From NCBI GenBank assembly GCA_951406725.2, contig OX597824.1:34844001-34908000 (forward strand): a DNA stretch of 64,000 bases. Reading direction: 5' to 3'. Of this stretch, positions 53,410-64,000 are shown piece by piece (within the stretch, counting starts at the first letter, position 1; every line of letters starts with the position of its first letter). The notes beneath the pieces were generated by a model, which was not told where the DNA came from, ran no database searches, and worked only from the letters and a program-made list of their open reading frames with translations. The stretch is from Octopus vulgaris (Eukaryota). The position numbers and the translations under genes are program-made.

Positions 53410-54380
53410 CTTAAGTGTAAACATGACTTAGTGTTTGCTTCTTCCATGGGTATAAGTAGGTATTTCATTTATTTTTTATGTATTTATCGCTGAGGTTTAG
53501 CTCATTTTGGAGTGTGACAGTATCTTCTGGAGTTTGGATAGCTATGGGTATTTTAGCATCATCGGCGTAACTCATTATTTTGGATGAGTGGACTTGTAAT
53601 AGATTGATGATAAATAATTATAGTCCTAGAACCATTCCCTGAGACATACCACTTATTACAGGTGACTTTGCTGAGCAAAAACCATTTCCAGCAACAGATT
53701 GCCTCCTACCATGTAGGAAGTCAAAGAGCCATTCTCTGAGTTTTCCTGAGATACCAAGATTCTTTAACTTATAACAGATGATTCCATGAACAATCTTGTC
53801 GAATGCCTTAATGAAATCAAAGTATATACAGTCAATGTCCTTTCATCCCAAGAGATTATTAAGAATAGTATTATGCTGCTGTAATAGTTGTGAAAGGCAA
53901 CTTCATCCAGTCCAAAAAACCATGGTGTATATCATCTACGATGTTGTTTTCCACAAGGTATGTACTAATTTTATTTCAGACAATGCAATTGATAATTTTA
54001 GATGTGTGAGATATAAGAGAAACAGGTCTGTAATTTTTAGCTTCAGCCTGCTACCTTCCTTCGTGTATAGGTGTTACTACTATGTCTTTTAATAGTTCTG
54101 GGAGTTCGCCAGTATCTAGTGGCTTTTGAAATAGTATCTTTAATGGCTTCACAAAGCTGTTTTTGCATGTTTTTAGTAGTATGGCTGGTAGACCATCAGT
54201 TCCAGATACAGAGTGTTCTCAAACTTTATGGTTATTTTTCAGTTGTCTATCATAATGCTGCACTATTTAACATCCAATTCAATTTACTTTAAATGATCCA
54301 CCAAAATATTCAATTTATCAAATTAGTCCTGATAACAACAAAATTTAGTTGACAACCATACTGTAAGATTTTTAGGGTAA
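53410..54380 (-). mobile_element. CR1/L2-like LINE RT fragment
   Basis: DCIYFDFIKAFDKIVHG, SGMSQGMVLG, YADDAKI on the minus strand. Confidence 0.85.
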
Positions 54381-55157
54381 ATTTAAGAACAAATGCCCTC
54401 ACTTCACCCACCCATCACCTTCCCACTTTCAAAAAGCTAAAACTCCAAATGTTTCATCTGAAATAACTGATATTAAAAATATCAGACCACTACCAGAAAA
54501 CCTGATATGTTAGAAACAACAGCTAAACAACATTATTTCTGAAAATACATCACAGCTTTCAAAAACGCTAAAAACGAAACATTCGGAGTTTTCAGCTTTT
54601 TGAAAGTAGGAAAGTGATGGATGGAAGTTGGGGAAGGAGAGTTGAGTGTTTCTTTTAAAAATAAAAATTCTTAAAGATTCATAATCTCTATATTTTTCTG
54701 TGGAGTATGAAAAACAAAATGCGCACAAGCGAACGGGATGGAGCAGGGGAGAGAACTCGGAAAATTCACATTACGAATGTTCCGAGTCCTCTCATCACTT
54801 CCCCATCCGTCGGCGAAATTTTTTTTCATATTCGTTTACTACACATTATTTTACACCTAATACACTATTTTTTTTTTCCATTTTTGTGACGGAGGGTGGG
54901 TAGGGTACGGACTCGGATAATTCACACGATCCAGTAACCCCACTTTGACACCCGGTCACAAAAATTTTAAAAAAAAGTGTAATAAGTGTAAAACAACATA
55001 TAGTAAACGAATATGAAAAAAAAGGTAGAGTTGTATTCAAATTCAAAATGCAACACTTTTATTTACAGTTTCAAAACAACGCTGAACAAATGTGCCTTAC
55101 ATTTGTAGGCAGATGAAATAATGCATCTGTCGCAGTATTACAGGGACTCGAGATATA

Positions 55158-55561
55158 CTCTTTTTACTCTTTTACTTGTTTCAGTCATTTGACTGCGGCC
55201 ATGCTGGAGCACCGCCTTTAGTCGAGCAAATCGACCCCGGGACTTATTCTTTGTAAGCCTAGTACTTATTCTATCGGTCTCTTTTGCCGAACCGCTAAGT
55301 GACGGGGACGTAAACACACCAGCATCGGTTGTCAAGCAATGCTAGGGGACAAACACAGACACACAAACACACACACACATACACATATATATATACATAT
55401 ATACGACAGGTTTCTTTCAGTTTTCGTCTACCAAATCCACTCACAAGGCATTGGTCGGCCCGGGGCTATAGCAGAAGACACTTGCCCAAGATGCCACGCA
55501 GATGACTGAACCCGGAACCATGTGGTTGGTTAGCAAGCTACTTACCACACAGCCACTCCTG
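55158..55561 (-). mobile_element. SINE family A, young copy
   Basis: Close reverse complement of 62430-62864. Confidence 0.92.
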
Positions 55562-55569
55562 TATATGCT

Positions 55570-58500
55570 GTATATCAGTTGAAAACTGAGGGATGAAATC
55601 GGTGAATATTTTCTGGCTTTGATCGTAAAGCAAAAAGGAAGACGCTTATGATCTGTGTAGAACGTGAAATTTCTTCCCGCAAGAATATGCCAAAAATGTT
55701 TTATGGCAAGGTAAATGGCCAACAGCTCACGTCCAAACATATTGTATCGTGTCTCAGCAGGTTTCAACTTCCGGGAAAAAATGCAAGATGTTGTAGCTGT
55801 CCTAAATGAAACTGCTGTAAAACTGCACCTACAGCAGTGCCTGATGCATCGACCACAAGCGAAAGCTCTGTATCGGAGACCGGGCGCGATAAGAGGGACG
55901 CTTTTCCAAGTTCATCTTTTGCAGAATTAAAAGATTTCAACTGAGTTAAAGTCGATGCAATATCCTCATCTTTCTTTTGACGATTCTTTAACACTTCATT
56001 AAGAGGAGACAGCAGTACAGCGAGGAATAAAGCATCTATAAAAATTCAATAGGCCGATGAAATGATGCAGCTGATGAAGAGAAGGAGTAAGGTCTCCAAA
56101 AGCCTGCACTTTCTCAGGAAGAGGTAGAATGCCCTCACTGTCAATAAGGTGACTGAGAAACACAAGAGGAGAAGAGCCAAAAACACATTTAGTAGGGTTA
56201 AGTTGCACTTTATAATCCTGAAGGCACTGGAAAAGCCTCTTTAAATAATGAACGTGCTCTTCAGCAGAAGATCTGGCCATCAGATCATCAATATAAGCAT
56301 AGACGAAATCCAGTCCACGAACGACAGTCTATGAACCGTTGAAATGTGCTGGCAGCATTTCGGAGGCCAAATGGCATGGTTAAGATTTCAAAAGAGCCAA
56401 ATGGCGTTGTTATTGGAATATCCTCCAGGTTGACTGGAATCAGATGATGCGCTCGCACCAAATCGAGCATAGAAAATACACTACATCCATGCAAAGAAGA
56501 TGAAAAATCATGAAGAAGAGGGATAGGGTATCTATCACGGACCGTCATGGAATTTAACCTTCTAAAATCCCCTGTCGGTCTCCAATCTCCAGAACCTTTA
56601 GGAACCATATGCAAAGGATAGGCCCAAGGACTTGTGGTAGGGTGAATAATTCCCTGCTGTAATAAATGATCAAACTCAACCATTGCTGCCTTTAATTTAA
56701 TCCAGAAGAAGACGACACAGACACGAAAACAACGGTGCACCACTCGTGGAAATAAAATGTTTTGTAGTATGGGTAGGACCACTCATATGGAAGTTCAAAT
56801 TGGTAAGCTCTGCGAAATAGTTTAAAAAGGAATGATACACGTCTCCCGAAACAGCGATAAAAATGTGGGGCTAACAGCGGAGTATTCAAATTCTTTCCTA
56901 CAACTGAAAGATCAGCAGTGTCATCCAACAGGCGTCGTTTACGTACATCCACTAATGGAGAATAGTTATGGAGAAAATCTGCCAAGATTGGATAAGGCAG
57001 GTCAGATATGATGAAGATCCATTTAAAATCACAACGTAAGTTCAAATCCAAAGAAAGGGAAATTTGACCAAATGTCTGAATGGTTTACCTCCTGCAGGGT
57101 AATTTCGGAAAGAAGCGGTTTATCCTTCATGAACTTCGCTGGCCAGATACTGCAAGAAGCACCAGAATCAACCAAAAATAATTTCTGTGGTAAGAAATCT
57201 TCCATGAAAAATATATGATTACAAGAGTCTGCACTAGGAGCAGCTGTTGTGCTCAGTGCCTCCCCAGTTGCCTTTCCCTGACTCACATATGAGTAGGGCT
57301 TTATACATCTATGAGCCTTCTTCGCAAAACAAATATGATACCAACACACACTCAAGGACGCCGGAGAAAATGAACGTCGCCGTCTTGGCGAGGAAGAACG
57401 ACTGAATGATCATCGTGAGGAGCTCTGTGCAACACATAATTTCTTAACTTCTTTAGTTAAATCCAATATAGCTTGAAGTGTGGCCAACGGAATCAAATCT
57501 TGCTGCTGAGGTAACATTGCTACTGTAGTTGTGTGTCTATTTGCAAGCATATTCCCATGATTTTGTCTGCCGAGGTAGCCAACTGAACCACAGAACTAAC
57601 ATCTACCATTGGTGCTAAAATGGCCTGCACATTCGATGGCAAATGAGAGAAGAAAAATTGTTTAATCAGAGAACTACCTTTAGAAGACCCCTCAGATAGT
57701 TCTCTAATGCGACGGAGAAAATGGAACGGCTTTCTTATTTCTTTATTGCCCACAAGGGGCTAAACAGAGGGGACAAACAAAGACAGACAAACAGGATTAA
57801 GTCGATTACATCGACTCCAGTGCGAAACTGGTACTTAATTTATCGACCCCGAAAGGATGAAAGGCAAAGTCGACCTCGGCGGAATTTGAACTCGGAACGT
57901 AGCGGCAGACGAAATACCTATTTCTTTACTACCCACAAGGGGCCAAACACAGAGGGGGTAAACAAGGACAGACAAACGGATTAAGTCGACCCCAGTGCGT
58001 AACTGGTACTTAATTTATCGACCCCGAAAGGATGAAAGGCAAAGTCGACCTCGGCGGAATTTGAACTCAGAACGTAGCGGCAGACGAAATACCTATTTCT
58101 TTACTACCCACAAGGGGCAAACAAGGACAGACAAACGGATTAAGTCGATTACGTCGACCCCAGTGCGTAACTGGTACTTAATTTATCGGCCCCGAAAGAA
58201 TGAAAGGCAAAGTCCACCTCGGCAGAATTTGAACTCAGAACGTAACGGCAGACGAAATACGGTTACGCATGTCGCCTGCCGTGCTAACGTTTCTGCCAGG
58301 TCGCCGCCATAAAGCTCGGGTTTCTGTCGCCTAAATGCTCGTCGTTTACTAAAGTATGGAAGCGTTTTTCTGCCGAAAGTGAAGTTCTACGAAGAATTTC
58401 GGTTTTTTTATAGTTATATATGATGCATCCACAGGTGGGTCAGTAATTAAGTCTCTCAATTATGTTGCTAAAGCAGAAGGAATAGCACACAAGATGTGGA

Positions 58501-58872
58501 GCTACTGCTACTGCTCGGAATTAATGTTATTCACTGCGAAATACGATTCAGTTTGGGCGAATCAGACGCGAACATTGCCACAGAAGACCAGTAACAGAGA
58601 ATGATTCATGTTGGCTCAAAAGAATACAGACTGTTTGAAATGATAAATGAAGCGCAGTCCTCAAATAAGAGAGTTCACCAAAACGGCAATAAAAAGAATA
58701 GGAAACTTCTACAATTCGTTTAGTTATTCCTTTCCAACAAATGTACACACACAAGGTTCAAGCATTACTCAATATGTACTGTCTGTAGCATACTTGTGAT
58801 TTAAATAAAAAAAAAATTTTTTTAGAGAATATTTCAAACGAAATATTCTAGCGGCAGGTAGTCACCAAATTA
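55570..58872 (-). mobile_element. Gypsy LTR retrotransposon gag-PR-RT-RH, frameshifted, integrase missing
   Basis: CWYH..C knuckle, [57 protein letters not shown]; PBS-like tggtgac at about 58863-58869. Confidence 0.93.
57735..58308 (-). mobile_element. Tandem trimer of MetaSINE-like family B inserted in Gypsy gag
   Basis: Three about 175-215-bp units, each with cccgaaag.atgaaaggcaaagtc; only the last has the full head. Confidence 0.9.
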
Positions 58873-60099
58873 CAGGAAAGTTCACTGTGTGTGTAAACAA
58901 TCAAAATTTAGACATTCTGTTGGACTTACTAATTTTTACAGGTTCTTTAGTTTGGTACTGGATATCAGTCCCATAGTACAAAGTCAGACTAGTCTTGCTG
59001 ATTCAGTCAATTTCAAACATGGTAAAACGATATAAGCTTCATAGCAGCTTAAAAAGAAGACGAATGCCAAGTGAAGAAGTGGGCATAATGATTTTGACTT
59101 ACTAAAAAAAAAAAAAAGAAAAACTTAGCTGAATAGTCATAGTGACTAAGAAATTGAACAAGTAATCTTCCAGGTTCCAGATGAAGCTGACAGAATGAGA
59201 AGCTAGGTAGTACATTGTTAATAGTTCAACATCTTCACAGCAATTAACTTATAGGCCCCGAAAGGATGAAAGGCAAAATCCACCTCTTTTAGTTTTTAGA
59301 TATTCTTTAGACTTGGGCAGAAATTGTTCTTTGAATTTGCGCAACTAGTCAGCATCTGTCCCAAATAACTAACTAATGCTCATGTAAAAATAATAGATTT
59401 ATCATGTCTTGCTACAATATCAAAGATCAAGTTTTTAGATATGCTCATCACGAAGACTAATTACAAAATTAAAGAAAACCGGTGGAGTTCTGATGGAGTA
59501 TGTACTAAAACCCCTTGTAATTTTTTTTATTTTTAAGAATTTTCTCAAAATTTTTTCGATTCTGTCCTCCGCATAATGGAATTAATACGATTATCCAAAA
59601 AAAAATTGTTTTTAAATATTACCCCCCTCCCTCCTTGACTACTTCTTGGGAGCTTAAAATCATGGCTGAAGTACAATTTTGGAAGTATTGTTCAAGTTTT
59701 TCTTATTTCGGAATTAAGAATGGTATGTAAAAATAACTTCTTTTGCACAGTCACACACACATACTCGAGGTAAAACTTCAGTACGAATTACGTTATTTCT
59801 CGCTGTGTGCACGCGCAAAATTACAACTTCAATGGCAATGACCTTTTTCTTTTATTTTGTAATTCGTCTTTGTGATGAGCGTATTTAAAAACCTGAAGTT
59901 TTTCAGAAATTGTGTCGTTTAGCTGTGGTTTCTAGCATGTTGGAAGTGACATTTGCACCTCTTCCTTTTTTTTTTTTTTTACCAAAATTTTTTCAGGTTC
60001 CTGTGTCTTGGATATAGGAGATTAGGATGATTTCCCCCAAGAAAACACATTTTCAAAATTTTCATCTCCCTACCCCATTTTTAAAATTTTAAACTTTTT

Positions 60100-60540
60100 T
60101 CGAAATTTTCTTTCATAGAAAAATACAGAGATTACAAATCTTTAAGAATTTATTTTTATAATTTTTCTTAAAGAAACACTCAAATCCCCTTCCCCAACCT
60201 CCACCTCCCCACTTTCAAAAAGCTAAAAACTCCGAATGTTTCACTTTCAGCTTTTTTGAAAGCAGGGAATTTTTTTCAGAAAGTTTCAAACATGTCAGGT
60301 TTTCAAGCAATGGTCTGATATTTTCGACGTCTGCTATTTCAGTAGAATTCATGCGTGAAACATCAGGCAAAAGTGAAACAATCGGAGTTTTTTTGCTTTT
60401 TGAAAGTGAGGAGGTGATGGGTAGGCAAGATGAGGGAAGGAGCATGGTGTGTTTCTTTAAATAAAATTGAAATTTTAAAATAAAACTGCCCAGATTTGTA
60501 ATCCCTGTAATTTTCTAAGTGGATTTTTTTTAAAATTCAA
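60100..60540. mobile_element. Foldback MITE-like repeat (related copy at about 54400-54700)
   Basis: cactttcaaaaagctaaaa..ctcc / ggagtttt..gctttttgaaagt arms at both loci. Confidence 0.65.
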
Positions 60541-62429
60541 AACAAGTTTAAAATTAAGAAATTGGGGAAATTTAGATGTTGAAAATGTGACTTTTGGACA
60601 AAATCACATTCTATATCGAAAACGGAGATCCAAAGAAATTGGGGGGGGGAGTGAGTAGTGTGCACGTGCTGTACCTTCACCACAAAACTTTTTTTCAGGG
60701 GCCCTTAGAATTCTGTTCTAGATCCCTAATTTACTATTTTGGGTTAATGTTTAAACTCCCGGTCACCAAAACAAAAAAAGTGTAATAGATTTAAAAAAAA
60801 AAAAAATCTGTATTAAAGGAATATGAAAACAAAAATTTGCGCCAACGAACCAGATGGTGGGGAGAATATTTTCGGAAAATTCACACGATCCAATTTTTTC
60901 CCCTCATAACTTCTAGGAAAATGGATATCTTTTAATGAAATTTTATATACATACCTTTCAAACATCATAGATTACGATTATAAAGAAATTTATGGAGAAC
61001 ATTTTTTCGAGGGGGAGGGGGGTAGGACTTTCGAAGAGAAAGAAATTCATAAATTATTTTTTTGTTTGAGTGTAATGGAAATAAGTTAGAAAAAAAATTT
61101 TAGATTCATTTTTTTTTCGCTTGAGTAATAGAAAAGGATTTTTAAAAAGATCCCAAAGGTGATGTGCTAAAAACAACAGCTAAATCGCCCTTAACTTTTT
61201 TTCCATAGTGAAACCATATTCATTTATGAATTCGTTTCACCATGATACATGGGATCATTTTTAAAACCTTTTCCCATTACTCAAACGAAAAATAAATGAA
61301 TCTAAAAAATTTTGTCAAATTTATTTCCATTACACTCAAGCAAAAAAAATAATAATGTATGAATTTGTTTCCCTTCGAAAACCCTCTCCTTACCCCTTCG
61401 GAAAAAATTTTTTCTCACAAATTTCTTCATAATCGTAATCTATGCCATTTGAAAGGTATTTATATAAAATTTCTTTAAAAGATATCCATTTTCCTAAAAG
61501 TTATGAGAGGAAAAAAATCAAATCTTGCGCATTTTTCGAAAGTCCTCCCCGTTCGTTTGCGCAAATTTTTGCTTTCATATTCGTTTAATACATATTTTTT
61601 GGTCAATATACAGTTTAAGCGCCGGCCATGAAAGCAAAAAAAAAAAGACAGCCTACTAGGTGTAAAAAAATGTGTAGAAAACAAATATGAGAACTAAAAT
61701 TTGCGCAAATGAATGGGGGATGGGGAGAGGACTTTCGGAAAATTCACAAGATCTGATTTTTCCCTCATAATTTTCAGGAAAATGGATATATGTATATATA
61801 TATATATATTAATGAAATTTTATAGAAATACCATTCAAATGGCACAAATTACGATTATAAAGAAATTTCTGAGGAAAACTTTTCCGAAGGGAAGGAGAGA
61901 GAATTTCGGAAATTCACACGATCCGTTTTTTTCCCTTCATAACTTTCAGGAAAATGGATATTTTTCAATGAAATTTTACAGAAACACATTTCAAACGGCA
62001 TAGATTACGATTGTAAAGAAATTTGTGGGGAAAATGTTTTCTGAAGAGGTGGGGAAAAGACTGTCGGAAAATTCACACGATCCGTTTTTCTCCCTGATAA
62101 CTTTCAGGATCTAGTTAAGCGTCCGGTCATAAAAACGAAAAAAAAAAAACCAGTCTAATAAGTGTTAAAAAAAAGTGTCGAAAATGAATATGAAAATTCA
62201 CACGATCCGATTTTTTACCTCATAACTTTCAGGAAAAAAGATATCGTTTAATGAAAGTTTACAGAAACATCTTTCAAACGGCGTAGATTACGATTATAAA
62301 GAAATTTGTGGGGGAAATGTTTTTTGAAGGGGTGGGAAGAGGGCTGTCGGAAAGCTCACACAATCCGTTTTTCGCCCTCATAACTTTCAGGTTCTAGTTT
62401 AGCACCCGGTCACCAAAACGAAAAAGTAA

Positions 62430-62593
62430 AGGCTCAGGAGTGGCTGTGTGGTAAGTAGCTTGCTAACCAACCACATGGTTCCGGGTTCAGTCTCACTGCG
62501 TGGCACCTTGGGCAAGTGTCTTCTGCTATAGCCTCGGGCCGACCAAAGCCTTGTGAGTGGATTTGGTAGATGGAAACTGAAAGAAGCCTGTCG

Positions 62594-62648
<55 letters not shown>

Positions 62649-62864
62649 ATATGTTTGTGTGTCTGTGTTTGTCCTTCTAGCATTGCTTGACAACCGATGC
62701 TGGTGTGTTTACGTCCCCGTCACTTAGCGGTTCGGCAATAGAGACCGACAGAATAAGTACTGGGCTTACAAAAGAATAAGTCCCGGGGTCGATTTACTCG
62801 ACTAAAGGCGGTGCTCCAGCATGGCCGCAGTCAAATGACTGAAACAAGTAAAAGAGTAAAAGAG
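62430..62864 (+). mobile_element. SINE family A, full length
   Basis: Same head, body and tail as 38211-38610. Confidence 0.92.
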
Positions 62865-63059
62865 AGTCTAACAGGTGTAAAAAAAAACATATAAAAAACG
62901 GATATGAAAACAAAAAATTGCGCAAACATACATGTACATATACCTTCGTCTTGGTAAGTAATTATTTGACGGCAACGATTTGAGAGAGGAAGGTATAACT
63001 TGGCTGCCTCTATGAAGAACTTGTGCAACAGACTTTCTTAATATTGTTGCAGATATTTT

Positions 63060-63170
63060 GATTCAATTCATGGCTTTTTGATTCTTTTATGTCTCTCCAA
63101 AGTCTTTCACTGTTTTGTGTGTGTGTTTTCTCTGGGTGCTATCTTCAAAATTGTTAGTGTGAGGTATTTT
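63060..63170 (-). pseudogene. Merlin/ISXO2-like transposase C-terminal fragment
   Basis: PHTNNFED / PEKTHTQNSERLWRDIK resembles the NHS.NF.D...HTQ.IE.LW motif. Confidence 0.6.
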
Positions 63171-63366
63171 CGCATCGTTGTTTTAATGTCCTCTCCCCTA
63201 CCCCTTCGCAAAACATTTCTGCCCACAAATTTCTTTATAATCATAATCTATGCTGTTTGAAAAGTGTTTCTGTAAAATTTCATTAAAAGTTATTCCTTTT
63301 CCTGAAAGTTATGAGGAGAAAAAATCGGATCGTGTGAATTTTCCGAAAGGCCAAATAATTTAGTAA

Positions 63367-64000
63367 TCTATATATATAAAACTGTAGTTGTGTGAGTGTC
63401 TGTCCCCTTCGATTTAGATTCCTAACTACTCCCACATTTTGCGGTATCTTATAGTCCCACCAAATTCGGGTATCTTATAGTCGTGATTCATATCGAGCCC
63501 GTCTGAGTATTAGCGCGCGTCTACGATGAGTCTACGATTTTTAAAATAATTTAACATCATTTCTTATTCCATTTTAATGCATAATCTTTCGTGTGTCGAT
63601 GGCGGCGGAGTTGGCGTCCATGGTCACACCTGCACCTGTTTGCTTCTCCCCCTTCCTCCCTCCCTCGTGAAGCTGTGGGGAAGGGAGTGTAAGGAAATCA
63701 ACGTCGTAAAGCGTTGTCAAGGAGACCAGCGTTCTTTTAGAACAACGACTTCATGGCTTGAAGACACCAAAACAGAAATGGCTAAGAAAGCGTCTACGAT
63801 GAGTCTACGATTTTAAAAAAAAATGACCATCATTTCTTCCATTTTAATGCATTTTTTCGCTATTATATAAGGGAAGTAACTCTCTAAAAATGTCTACGAT
63901 GAGTCAACGATTTAAAAAAAAATTACCATCATTTTTTATTCCATTTTTAATGCATTTTTTTGCTATTTTTTATAACTCTCTAAAAATGCTTATATAGTTA
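63367..64000 (+). mobile_element. Non-autonomous Helitron with internal repeats, cut by the window end
   Basis: a|TCtatatatataaaactg start; homologous to 6767-7071; gtctacgatgagtc.acgattt repeated three times. Confidence 0.85.

Larger units (their letters stand above)
60760..63350. repeat. Complex array of about 158-bp units in direct and inverted orientation, with a Merlin-like transposase remnant
   Basis: gaaaattcacacgatcc..cataactttcagg..gattacgattataaagaaattt recurs at about 60875, 61737, 61908, 62066, 62192 (+) and about 61540, 63345 (-). Confidence 0.85.

Noticed and set aside
62940-63030. Signal-peptide or first exon of the receptor gene
   Set aside because: The frame needed for a phase-0 donor has a stop and no hydrophobic leader; adjacent to a transposase remnant.

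Overview
AT-rich, repeat-saturated animal genomic DNA. The SINE families and microsatellite style suggest an octopod cephalopod; this is inference, not checked. A minus-strand, multi-exon host gene can be assembled by hand: 8 phase-compatible GT-AG exons between 53275 and 19575 encode about 287 aa of an IL-17-receptor-like ectodomain plus a transmembrane helix. Its 5' and cytoplasmic exons were not found. The introns and flanks hold decayed Tc1/mariner, piggyBac-type and other MITEs, Helitrons, a Merlin-like fragment, RTE and CR1 LINEs, Gypsy LTR elements, several Penelope-like elements (PLEs), SINEs, a truncated 5S rRNA copy and a 50-bp minisatellite. The most striking signal is a set of type I hammerhead ribozymes in five different sequence contexts. 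The best example is a non-coding, near-identical 531-534-bp unit with one hammerhead per unit, arranged as a tandem plus palindromic array inside a (TA)n tract (25868-27740), which is a retrozyme-like candidate. Coordinates were counted by hand; decayed-repeat boundaries are approximate.
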